Positions 47,774 through 56,626 of a DNA stretch of 64,000 nucleotides are shown one piece after another (position 1 is the stretch's first letter; each line of letters begins with the position of its first letter). The position numbers and the translations under genes were made by a program. The DNA is from Candidatus Hydrogenedentota bacterium (GTDB lineage: Bacteria > Hydrogenedentota > Hydrogenedentia > Hydrogenedentales > SLHB01), in the NCBI GenBank assembly GCA_045863335.1, contig BTVY01000035.1, forward strand, positions 13,279 through 77,278. The letters are read 5' to 3'. The notes beneath the pieces were generated by a model. It was not told where the DNA came from. It did not search any database and was given only the letters and a program-made list of their open reading frames with translations.

Positions 47774-50700
47774 TTATCCGACCTCCAAGCGGAGTTCCCC
47801 GACTGGCGATAACTTCACTGAATCTGAAAAACGCACTTCGCAACGCTTCCCATCGAAGCGGGCAGTTGCCCGAACCGGTTCGCCCTTGAGGGTTACGCGC
47901 ACGCGATTGCCGCTCAAGTTGTCCGGGCATTCAACCGTCACCGTCGATAATTGCACTTCACCATAGCGGATATCGATGCTGTTTCGCTGGCTGCGTCCGG
48001 TCCTCCGTTGCGCGACCGTTCCCCATCCGGCGCCACCGGCGAAGAAACCTTTGTAGTTCTCCGGCGTGACCCGGGGCGCGAAGGACAGCGCGCCGGACGC
48101 GGCGTCGTACACGAGCCCGGCTGCGGCAGTCATCAGCGAATATGAGGACATGGCGCGTGCGTAGTGTCCGCCGCATTCGATCTCCGACCAGGGGTTGCGC
48201 TGGCTGCCGGAATACCGCTCCCGCGCACCGCGGACGATCTGGAGTCCCTCCTCCACCATGCCTTCGTGGATGAGGCTCGCGGCGACGTGATACTCGAGGC
48301 CGGTCCAGACTTCGTCGCAGTAAAGGATCGGCCGCTCGGGCCGCCCGCCGTTCGGCCACGTGCAGGTGAGCAACCCTTTCTCCGTCCCTTCCGCAAAGAC
48401 GCGTTGGTGGTGCACGTGATCGGACAAATCGGCGCGCCAGCAATTCTGGTGAATCGCTTTCAAAGCCTGCTTCACATGCTCCTCCGGCAGCACGTACCCC
48501 AGATCAAGTATGAAGGCCCACCACTGCCCGAGCAGTTGATCGGTGTGGCAACCCGGCCCGTAGCAGTTGCCGTTGTTGTACGTGGCACCATCCGCGCCGG
48601 GAGCATCGAAAATATTTTCGTAGTACTCGCCGTTCCAGCACGTCTTGTCGTAGCCGTCGCGGCCCAACTCGAAGCGCGCGCGGAACTCCTGCGCCGTGTC
48701 AGCTTCGTTCATGACCTTGGCCATTTCCTCCGCGGCGCGGAGTGCGGCGAGGTACAGGGTGCCGATGAAGGTGTTGCTGCCGTACAAATGCGTGTCGTAG
48801 GTGTTGGGCTGCTCGCCGCGAATCACGCCCGTGCCCTCGGGGTCGTGATACTTCATGATGTATCGCATCAAGGTCTTCGTGCGATCCCATACGGACGCCA
48901 ACCACGCCCGATCGCCCTGTTGCCGGTATTCGCGGTACGATTTCAGCACCGTCCCGAGTTCGCCGTCCAGCGCGGGATGGTGTGGACCGCCAATCTCAAA
49001 ACCGAGACGCGGCAGCGACAGGGGCAGCACGGTGCGGTGCGGGATGTAGTGCTCCTCGGGATGCATCTGGACCAGCAAATCCGTCTCCCGCACGTTGCGC
49101 TCCAGCGCGGGCAAGAGGAACGCGGTGGACATGGCGTAGTTGTAGACGTGCGTGCAGTTCATGGGGCAGCAGCGGTCGGACCCTTCAAAACCGCCGACGG
49201 TGCCGTCCTCGAGCCAGATGGATATGGGCGACCGCATGATGGACGCGTTGGCAGTGACGCAGTCGAGGTAATAGCGCGGCAGCGTGCTGTTGTAGAACGT
49301 CGTGTGGAAAGTGCGTGTCTCCTCGGTCAGACGCTGCAGGTTGGCGGCGACGTAATCGATCACCTCGTTCGCGTTTCCGAACCAGTTGTTGTACTGGTTG
49401 CCGAGCCGGTGGTCGTACTGGTAGCGCGGCGGACCCCAGCCGTAGTTCTCGTCGCGGGTGCGGTTGGGGAAATGCCACGCTAAGGCGATTGTCACCATCT
49501 TCTCTTCACCGGGTTGCAGCGTGTGCGTCGTAGCGATGACGCCGTTACAGGAACTGCCAGGCGAACCGGGACCTTCCATTGCAGACGCGATGGTGCCGTT
49601 CGCGAACGCTTCCCACAGCGAACCGAAATCCGACCATTGCGGGCACGCGCTCATTTCGCCATCGTCGCCGAGCAACGCAAGCGCCATCGATCCGTACAGG
49701 ATCGCGTCAGGCGAATACCCCGTCATGGGTTGGTACGCATTGCCCATGGCGAGAGCGGCAAGGTTCCCAAGTATCGCTTTGCGATCGGAACCGTCCACCC
49801 ATCGATCGGGCAGCCCGTTGCAGACGATCAACGTTCCGTTGCCGTAACTGCCTGAGATGACCAGCGGTGTCCCATCCTCGGTTTCCAGCAGCCGCTCCGC
49901 GCCGCGCTTCAACCAGTCCAATCGGAAATTCAAGAATCCTTCCGCTTTGACGCTGGCCGTTTGAACGCCGTTTACGATAGGCCCTTCCATACGGACTGGC
50001 TGCGGCGAATCCGCCGGACGCACGCGAAGGAACCGGAACGGTAGCGCCTCGCGGAATCGTTTGGCCAGCGCTTTGTCCATGGAATCGGAGCGGGCGGAAT
50101 CGCTGAAGACGATGCGGTCGACCAAAATATGGCCCCAACCGCCGGTGTGCCGATCGACGATCTCGATTTGCGCCTGCTTGCCCGCGTGCGCCTCCACGTC
50201 CCAGGTAACCTGCCGCAGCTTCTCCGTGTTTTCGCCCGTCGCAGTCTCGACGACCGCGCCATCAACCACCAGATTGACGCAGGTTTCGCCGGGATGGTTG
50301 CCGCCGCCTACGAGGAGATGAATGAAGCGCCGTTCGATGGTGAACGCCCCTGAAGTGGCTTTCCCTTGCGTGCCATCCGTGCCGTTGAACGTATTGACGA
50401 AATACGTGCCCTGCCAACCGCTCACCGTTTGCTGATTGGGCTGCGTTCCGGTGACGGGCGCATCGCCGAAGCAATCGCCTTCGATGGTCCAGTCGCCGTA
50501 GGTGCCCGATTCCCAGTCCTCGAACACCTCAATCGTGTCGTCTCCTTCGTTGCGGCCAAGATGGGCGAGCAGCGACTGGTCATCGTTCGTCAGCACGAGC
50601 GCTGCGCCCGCCTCGACACGATCGAGAAGATTCGACAATGCCGTCGGGGACAACGATCCGCGACGGTCCACCACGAAAAGCACGTCGTCGGGCGCGGTCT

Positions 50701-51586
50701 CCTTCGGCAACGGAGCGGGTTCCCCGTAAAAGACCTTCAGATTGCCGCACTGACGCATGGCGTACGCGATGTCGCGGTGATTGGTGTACAGCCGCGCGGG
50801 GCGTTCCAATCGATGCCCATCCCCCTCTTGCGAACGCATTGCGAGAATTGCCGCCTCGTTGCGGGTCTCGATCGCGTTGACGTTTCCACCGAAATCGACG
50901 TGACGAAGATCGTCTATTGCGCCATAGCCGTCCCAGCCGACCAGGTTCGGCGCCGACGCGAGCAGCGCTGCTTCGATAGGTTGCTCCGTACGGTTCCGCA
51001 AGCTGAAACGGAACAGCACGGCGGGCAATCCGGAGTCTTTCGTATTAAGTGGAACGAACGGACTAAAGGCCTCCAGTTCCACGTCAACGGGCAGCGCGTC
51101 GTCGTTGTAGCGGACCCATGCAAAGGGGTACTCGCCGGAAAATTCTATGGAGCCGACGGGCTCTGCGGCGCCTGACGGCTCGGTCTGCAACAATCGGCAT
51201 GTGGTCGATCCGTCCGCCGCCTTCGCGCGCACCGCAAAGAAGGATCCGGGCACGTTCGCGTTGGTGTTGAAGTTGTTCACGATCTGCCAGGGGTTCAGCG
51301 TGCCGTCGCCGCGCAGGTAGACTTGGCCCGCGCCGAAACCGCCCAGGGGCATGGCGATGTGCTTCAGTTCGTCGCCGCGATAGATGCGCCGTTCCTGCTG
51401 ATCGAGAAGCGACGCATTCCACTCCGTGAGATCCGGTGCGGCTGCTCCGCCCTTTCCCACCAGGAAGGACGCCGCGCCCGCAGCGACCGCCGCCGTCTTG
51501 ATGAACTCGCGCCGGTTCAAACCCGATGCGGAATTGTCGCCGCCGCAACCGCCTTTACAGCAACAGGTGTACCCCTTGGATTCCAT
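47774..51586 (-). CDS. Tat-exported GH116 family glycoside hydrolase with internal insertion
   Basis: NRREFIK Tat motif; MPLGGFGAG, EYPFA, FSPFVPL..KDS.LP; FEG....CP.NCTHVYNY, DGE.G, QPNTYD, DQLLGQ, EVWTG.EY, NPWSEIECG.HYARAM. Confidence 0.88.
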   Translation of the reverse strand: MESKGYTCCCKGGCGGDNSASGLNRREFIKTAAVAAGAASFLVGKGGAAAPDLTEWNASLLDQQERRIYRGDELKHIAMPLGGFGAGQVYLRGDGTLNPWQIVNNFNTNANVPGSFFAVRAKAADGSTTCRLLQTEPSGAAEPVGSIEFSGEYPFAWVRYNDDALPVDVELEAFSPFVPLNTKDSGLPAVLFRFSLRNRTEQPIEAALLASAPNLVGWDGYGAIDDLRHVDFGGNVNAIETRNEAAILAMRSQEGDGHRLERPARLYTNHRDIAYAMRQCGNLKVFYGEPAPLPKETAPDDVLFVVDRRGSLSPTALSNLLDRVEAGAALVLTNDDQSLLAHLGRNEGDDTIEVFEDWESGTYGDWTIEGDCFGDAPVTGTQPNQQTVSGWQGTYFVNTFNGTDGTQGKATSGAFTIERRFIHLLVGGGNHPGETCVNLVVDGAVVETATGENTEKLRQVTWDVEAHAGKQAQIEIVDRHTGGWGHILVDRIVFSDSARSDSMDKALAKRFREALPFRFLRVRPADSPQPVRMEGPIVNGVQTASVKAEGFLNFRLDWLKRGAERLLETEDGTPLVISGSYGNGTLIVCNGLPDRWVDGSDRKAILGNLAALAMGNAYQPMTGYSPDAILYGSMALALLGDDGEMSACPQWSDFGSLWEAFANGTIASAMEGPGSPGSSCNGVIATTHTLQPGEEKMVTIALAWHFPNRTRDENYGWGPPRYQYDHRLGNQYNNWFGNANEVIDYVAANLQRLTEETRTFHTTFYNSTLPRYYLDCVTANASIMRSPISIWLEDGTVGGFEGSDRCCPMNCTHVYNYAMSTAFLLPALERNVRETDLLVQMHPEEHYIPHRTVLPLSLPRLGFEIGGPHHPALDGELGTVLKSYREYRQQGDRAWLASVWDRTKTLMRYIMKYHDPEGTGVIRGEQPNTYDTHLYGSNTFIGTLYLAALRAAEEMAKVMNEADTAQEFRARFELGRDGYDKTCWNGEYYENIFDAPGADGATYNNGNCYGPGCHTDQLLGQWWAFILDLGYVLPEEHVKQALKAIHQNCWRADLSDHVHHQRVFAEGTEKGLLTCTWPNGGRPERPILYCDEVWTGLEYHVAASLIHEGMVEEGLQIVRGARERYSGSQRNPWSEIECGGHYARAMSSYSLMTAAAGLVYDAASGALSFAPRVTPENYKGFFAGGAGWGTVAQRRTGRSQRNSIDIRYGEVQLSTVTVECPDNLSGNRVRVTLKGEPVRATARFDGKRCEVRFSDSVKLSPVGELRLEVG

Positions 51587-51616
51587 AACGCTTCTCCCCG
51601 AATTCACTGCTGATTG

Positions 51617-52807
51617 TTATCGTGTTGGCTGCGTCAAGATGCGACAGATACCGCTGGCCCGCTTCGCCCGTTCAAGTGCCTCGGCCGCGGACGATCCGGT
51701 CGCCAACACATGACCGATGCGGTCGCGCGCGCGGCAATCCCGCACATGACTGATGCTTTCGCCCGGTTGGACTCCCACGTGGACGCACTCGACACCCGGC
51801 GCCTGGCGCGCTTCCTCGATGCCTTTGATTTCGGTGACGACCCCGGGCCGCGCATCGATCCAGCATGCGGCGGCACCCTTACTCTCAGGCTCGAAGCGCG
51901 GCAACGCTTCTCCAATCGCCACTCGTACGCTGGAATGAAGCGTATCGACGCCGGTTGCGAGCGCGACAAGCGACGACTCGATCCGCGCGGCGCCCGTGTA
52001 CGCGCCGATCTCGATCACGTAAGGCCCCGTGTCCGTCATGATGAATTCCACGTGGGCGGGACCCGTCATCATCCCGATGGCTGTGAGCGAAGCGCGGGCC
52101 ATGGCTACGAGTGATCCCTGCGTGCTCGTGGTGACGTCCGCTGGCATAAAGACGGCCTTCGTGCAAGGATGGGCAGAATCCATGCGCTCGCGCCCGGCAA
52201 TGGCAAAGACGTAAAACTCCCCGTCCACCTTGATGCCTTCCACGCTGAACTCGGGGCCGTCCAGATAAGCTTCAATAATCACGACGCCCTGGGCAGAGTG
52301 CCGCTGCGCCAAGGGAAACGCGAGGGCCATGTCTTCCGCATGGTCGACGCGGCTGACGCCGAGCCCGGCGTACCCATCTACCGGTTTGACGATGACAGGC
52401 AAGCCGAGTTCACGCGCAGCCTTTTCGGCTTCATCGGGATCGATGGCCTCGCGGTACACGGGATTGGGGAGGCCTTTGGCGGACAGCGCCTGCCGAAGCG
52501 CCACTTTGTTGCGCGTCCGCGTCGCAGCCCACGGCGACACGCCGGGAAGGCCAATTTCATTCGCGGCCTTCGCCACCGCGACCACCGCCTCTTCACTCGC
52601 GGCGATTACCCCGACCGGATCGCATACGGCCGCCGCGGACAGCACGTCCTCCACGTCGGTGATGTGCCCCCCCAAGAGTTCGTAGGTTTCGTCCGGGCTG
52701 CCCCAGTCCGTGCCGTCGTGCATGACGTAGGCGTGCAGACCCGTTTCGCGCGCGGCCCGGAGCAACTCGCGCCGCGGAAATCCGGCGATGAGGATGTTTC
52801 GAGACAT
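51617..52807 (-). CDS. ATP-grasp domain protein (L-amino-acid ligase-like)
   Basis: RNK..LR, PVIVKPVDG.AGLGV, IEAYLDGPEFSVE, GPAHVEF, IEI; start at MSRNILI. Confidence 0.85.
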   Translation of the reverse strand: MSRNILIAGFPRRELLRAARETGLHAYVMHDGTDWGSPDETYELLGGHITDVEDVLSAAAVCDPVGVIAASEEAVVAVAKAANEIGLPGVSPWAATRTRNKVALRQALSAKGLPNPVYREAIDPDEAEKAARELGLPVIVKPVDGYAGLGVSRVDHAEDMALAFPLAQRHSAQGVVIIEAYLDGPEFSVEGIKVDGEFYVFAIAGRERMDSAHPCTKAVFMPADVTTSTQGSLVAMARASLTAIGMMTGPAHVEFIMTDTGPYVIEIGAYTGAARIESSLVALATGVDTLHSSVRVAIGEALPRFEPESKGAAACWIDARPGVVTEIKGIEEARQAPGVECVHVGVQPGESISHVRDCRARDRIGHVLATGSSAAEALERAKRASGICRILTQPTR

Positions 52808-52901
52808 TTGGTTTTCCACTCCGATTCGCCATAATAGCAGGTCCACAGGATAGGCCGCAGCATTGTTTCCGGGCGGCAGAACTACGAGCCGGGAGAACGA
52901 C

Positions 52902-54374
52902 ATGGGCAAAGACTTCGTGCTCGCCATGGACCAAGGCACCACGAGTTCGCGCAGCATCGTGTTCGATCGCGCGGGCCGCATCCGCGCGTCCATATCGGAA
53001 GAGTACCCGCAGATCTATCCCCAGCCCGGTTGGGTCGAGCACGATCCCGAAGCGATCTGGCAATCGCAAATCAAGACCGCGCATGCGGCAATCGCGAAGG
53101 CAGGAATCGCGGCGGCGGATATTGCGTGCATCGGCATCACGAACCAGCGCGAAACGACCCTGGTCTGGGAACGCGCCACGGGGAAGCCCATCTTCAACGC
53201 CATCGTCTGGCAATGCCGGCGCACGGAAGACTTTTGCAATCGCCTCAAGGCGGAAGGCCTGGACGACGAAGTCCGCTCGCGCACCGGGCTGGTCATCGAT
53301 GCCTATTTCTCCGGTTCCAAGATTCGGTGGATTCTGGACCATGTGGACGGCGCCGAGAAACGCGCGGCGGCGGGCGAATTGTGTTTCGGCACGGTCGACA
53401 CGTGGCTCCTCCACAAGCTCTGCGACGTTCACGCCACCGACTACACGAACGCCTGCCGGACCATGCTCTTCAATATCCACGATCTGCAATGGGATGAGAT
53501 GATGGTGGAGCGGCTGGGCATACCCCCGGCTATGTTGCCCGAAGTGTTCCCGACGAGCCACGTGTTCGGGACGACATCGGTCTTCGGTCCCGAGATCCCC
53601 GTCGCGTCCGTCTGCGGCGATCAGCAGGCCGCCCTGTTCGGACAAGCCGCGTTCAACGTCGGCGAATGCAAGAACACCTACGGCACCGGGTGCTTCGCCG
53701 TCATGAATACGGGCGAAGCGCCGGTCGCGTCCCAGCACGGACTGCTGACGACGGTCGCCTGGGGGCTCGACAACAAGGTCGAGTACGCGCTCGAAGGTAG
53801 CGTCTTCATCGCGGGTGCGGTGGTCCAGTGGTTGCGCGACGAGATGAAGCTGATTGCCAGCGCCGCCGAAAGCGAAACCGTGGCGGCGGAAGTGTCCGAT
53901 TCCGGCGGCGTCTACATGGTCCCCGCTTTTGTCGGGCTCGGCGCTCCGCACTGGAACATGAGCTGCAGGGGCACGATCGTCGGGCTCACGCGCGGCGCAG
54001 GCCGCGCCCATATCGTGCGGGCGGCGCTCGAGTCGATCTCCTTTCAATCAGCCGACGTGATCCGCTGCATGGAATCCGAAACAGGCAAACGGGTGCCCTT
54101 ACTCAAGGTAGACGGGGGTGCGGCGTCCAACGACCTGCTGATGCAGCACCAGGCGGATGTGCTCGGCACACCGGTCCTTCGGGGGCAAGTTACTGAAACG
54201 ACAGCACTTGGCGCGGCATTTTTGGGAGGTCTGGCCACCGGATTCTGGAAGGATCGGAGCGAAATTCAGGTACTTTGGAAGGAAGATCGGGTTTTCGAAC
54301 CAAAATGGAACAATCAACAACGCGAAAACGCGTTAAGTGGTTGGGCCAAAGCCATTAAGATGACTACCTCCTAG
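52902..54374 (+). CDS. glpK: Glycerol kinase
   Basis: DQGTTSSR, GWVEHDP, GITNQRET, WQCRRT, DAYFSG.K, GDQQAALFG, KNTYGTG, YALEGS, VDGG. Confidence 0.96.
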   Translation: MGKDFVLAMDQGTTSSRSIVFDRAGRIRASISEEYPQIYPQPGWVEHDPEAIWQSQIKTAHAAIAKAGIAAADIACIGITNQRETTLVWERATGKPIFNAIVWQCRRTEDFCNRLKAEGLDDEVRSRTGLVIDAYFSGSKIRWILDHVDGAEKRAAAGELCFGTVDTWLLHKLCDVHATDYTNACRTMLFNIHDLQWDEMMVERLGIPPAMLPEVFPTSHVFGTTSVFGPEIPVASVCGDQQAALFGQAAFNVGECKNTYGTGCFAVMNTGEAPVASQHGLLTTVAWGLDNKVEYALEGSVFIAGAVVQWLRDEMKLIASAAESETVAAEVSDSGGVYMVPAFVGLGAPHWNMSCRGTIVGLTRGAGRAHIVRAALESISFQSADVIRCMESETGKRVPLLKVDGGAASNDLLMQHQADVLGTPVLRGQVTETTALGAAFLGGLATGFWKDRSEIQVLWKEDRVFEPKWNNQQRENALSGWAKAIKMTTS

Positions 54375-54411
54375 GCGGCGCACAGGGGCGCTCCTGGAAC
54401 GCATGAAACGT

Positions 54412-54440
54412 TTGCGTTCTTGCCTACTCCATGTTACAAT
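54412..54440 (+). promoter_or_regulatory. Sigma-70 promoter of the ncRNA
   Basis: TTGCGT-17-TACAAT with extended -10 TG. Confidence 0.65.
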
Positions 54441-54446
54441 ATGGTT

Positions 54447-54600
54447 GGTCAGCGCCACATGTGGCGTTTCTCCTTCCGCGGAGGCCTCGGTACGAAAGTC
54501 CGAGGTCTCTAAAACAACTCGCGGTCAGGAGTCACATCCGGGCTGCGGAGTGTTCAATAGATTGAGGCCGGAATCTTTTTGATTCCGGCCTTCTCTTTTT
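54447..54600 (+). ncRNA. Structured ncRNA resembling the Acido-Lenti-1 motif
   Basis: Promoter-to-terminator unit with no ORF; hairpin GAGGCCTCGG-TACGAAAGT-CCGAGGTCTC, linker TAAAACAACTCGC, second hairpin closing ...GCTGCGGAG. Family assignment from memory of the motif. Confidence 0.65.
54564..54600 (+). terminator. Intrinsic terminator
   Basis: GAGGCCGGAATC-ttttt-GATTCCGGCCTT followed by CTCTTTTT. Confidence 0.85.
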
Positions 54601-54686
54601 CTTCCCCTTGTTCTCATCCGCCCTTCCTCGGTACTGTCTACCGCAAGCCTTCGTGTTCCGCCAATTCAATTCGGGAGGGAAGTTTC

Positions 54687-55370
54687 GTGTATAGAATGTG
54701 CGCAGTCGTATTCGGATTGATCATTGTATCCATGCTCGGAGCGCGGGCCGAGGCAGAGGACAAGCCCATCCTCGAACGCATCGAATGGAGCGATGTCTGG
54801 GTCGTCGACGCGGACCGCGACGAACTTCCGCGCGTGCTTCTCGTCGGCGATTCCATCGTCAAGGGCTATTACGACAGCGTCAGCCGCGCGCTCGAAGGCA
54901 AAGCCAGCGTCGCGCGCTATGCCACCTCGAAGTTCATGGGAAATCCCGATTATCGCGCGGAGTTGGAAATCCTGCTCACGGGCTATGATTTCGACGTAAT
55001 CCACATCAACAACGGCCTTCACGGCTGGGGGTACACGGAGGAACAATACCGGGAGAGTTTTCCCGCATTGTTGGACAGCCTCAAGAAAAGCGCGCCCGAT
55101 GCCAAAGTGATTTGGGGCATGTCGACGCCGATCCGGAAGAGTGACGACCTGTCGCAACTGGATGAGAAAGACGCCCGAGTCGTGGAACGCAATCGTATCG
55201 CCGGAGAGATCATGGCGGAACACGAGATTCTCGTGAACGATCTGTACACGCTGGTCGTGGACCATCCCGAGTACTTCGCGCAAGACGGCGTGCACTACAG
55301 CGAGCAGGGCCGAACCGCCCAGGGAAACCAGGTCGCAGCGATGATCAAGGAAGCGCTGAGCGAAGAATAG
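54687..55370 (+). CDS. Secreted SGNH/GDSL hydrolase
   Basis: RBS GGGAGG before GTG 54687; signal peptide; LVGDSI, NNGLHG, DGVHY. Confidence 0.88.
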   Translation: MYRMCAVVFGLIIVSMLGARAEAEDKPILERIEWSDVWVVDADRDELPRVLLVGDSIVKGYYDSVSRALEGKASVARYATSKFMGNPDYRAELEILLTGYDFDVIHINNGLHGWGYTEEQYRESFPALLDSLKKSAPDAKVIWGMSTPIRKSDDLSQLDEKDARVVERNRIAGEIMAEHEILVNDLYTLVVDHPEYFAQDGVHYSEQGRTAQGNQVAAMIKEALSEE

Positions 55371-55402
55371 GACGTATAGGACCTATACGACCAATAGGAC
55401 GG
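55367..55402. repeat. Four 9-bp tandem units (ATAGGACxx) starting in the stop codon
   Basis: ATAGGACGT ATAGGACCT ATACGACCA ATAGGACGG. Confidence 0.65.
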
Positions 55403-55446
55403 GAGATGGGGGATCTTGATTGTCCCTCGCCCGAGCCACGCGCCTT

Positions 55447-55506
55447 TGTTTCGGGTTTTCATCATTCGAATCTGTTTCGGATTTCGTGCTTCGAATTTCG
55501 GATTTT
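55447..55506 (-). repeat. Third copy of the ~57-bp heptamer repeat seen at 4531-4744
   Basis: GTTTCGGGTTTTCATCATTCGAATCTGTTTCGGATTTCGTGCTTCGAATTTCGGATTT aligns without gaps to the reverse complement of 4531-4588. Confidence 0.8.
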
Positions 55507-55509
55507 GGT

Positions 55510-56427
55510 TTACCCCCACCGGTGCTCGCGCGTCCACTCGATGCTTTCTTTCAATCCATGGTAGAAGCTGACCTGTGGCTCGTACCCGAAATCCCGCCGC
55601 GCTTTGCCGCTGTCAATGCACATGTGTTCGCAGAGAAACCGCAGCCCGGATTCGTTGGCCTTGCCGGTGGCGAGAATTTCCTTCATGGGCACGTGCTTCA
55701 CCGGCGACTCGGACTTGAGAATTTCTTTCACGGCGGCGACGTACTCGTTCAAGGTGACCGCGCGGTCCGAGGAGAGATTGTAGATCTGCCCCGCCACCTT
55801 GTCGCACTCCAACGCGCTGCAGAAGCCCCTGGCGAGATCGTCCACATGGACCGGCTGCAATAGCGCGCGGCCGTCGTTGGGTACCCAGATCTCTTCGTGA
55901 TACGCCACGCGCTGAAACCACCGCGGATCGCGCGCGCCCCAACCGTCCAGCGGCACGTCTCCCGGACCGAACACGTTACTGACGCGCAAGGAACACGCGT
56001 TGTACCCGGTCTGCGCGTGAAACATCAGGATGGCCGTGTCCTGCGCGAGTTTCTGGGCAAACCCGCCCAACGCTTCGGGGCATGGCGTGGGATCGTCTTC
56101 GCGCGCGGGTACCGTCCCCATCGGCGTATAGACGCCCGTCGACCCGCAGTGGATGAACCGGCCCGCGCAATCTTGCAACAGCGGCAGCATCCAGGCGAGA
56201 TCGTCGTCGGTGACGATCGTATCGATAACAGCGTCAAACCCGCGCGCCAGATGCGGCTGAACGTCCCCGCGCTCATGCGCGTCCGCGATGAGATGTTCCA
56301 CCTGCTCCGGCAGATCGCCGGGAGTCTTCCCGCGGTGCAGCACCGCCACCTCATGCCCCCGCGCACAAAGTTCCCGGGCAATCGCCGCCCCCAGAAACCG
56401 AGTCCCGCCGATGATGAGTACTTTCAC
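55510..56427 (-). CDS. NAD-dependent epimerase/dehydratase family protein (atypical SDR)
   Basis: IIGGTRFLG, STGVY, NVFGPG, QPVHVDDLA; F instead of Y in the YxxxK motif (FAQK). Confidence 0.85.
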   Translation of the reverse strand: MKVLIIGGTRFLGAAIARELCARGHEVAVLHRGKTPGDLPEQVEHLIADAHERGDVQPHLARGFDAVIDTIVTDDDLAWMLPLLQDCAGRFIHCGSTGVYTPMGTVPAREDDPTPCPEALGGFAQKLAQDTAILMFHAQTGYNACSLRVSNVFGPGDVPLDGWGARDPRWFQRVAYHEEIWVPNDGRALLQPVHVDDLARGFCSALECDKVAGQIYNLSSDRAVTLNEYVAAVKEILKSESPVKHVPMKEILATGKANESGLRFLCEHMCIDSGKARRDFGYEPQVSFYHGLKESIEWTREHRWG

Positions 56428-56526
56428 GATGACCGCCTCCCTTCAGAACCTCTATCCTACCCCTCTGGGCGAAACAGTGAAATCCCGAATTCCCCCAAAA
56501 GACTGACGGCCCAGCCCCTCGATCTC

Positions 56527-56593
56527 ATCGGTATCGGTATCGGGATCAAAATCGGGATCGACGTGGGAAATGCGATACCGATACTGATACCGA
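56527..56593. repeat. Inverted arrays of 6-bp units (ATCGGK x6 / CGATAC x3)
   Basis: ATCGGT ATCGGT ATCGGG ATCAAA ATCGGG ATCGAC ... CGATAC CGATAC TGATAC CGA. Confidence 0.65.
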
Positions 56594-56626
56594 GCGTAAT
56601 GCGGATGGCACGCGAAAAGTCGCCGC

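Noticed and set aside
54180-54374. AT-shifted 3' end of glpK suggesting a recombination patch
   Set aside because: Reading frame and motifs are intact, and no att site or repeat boundary is visible.
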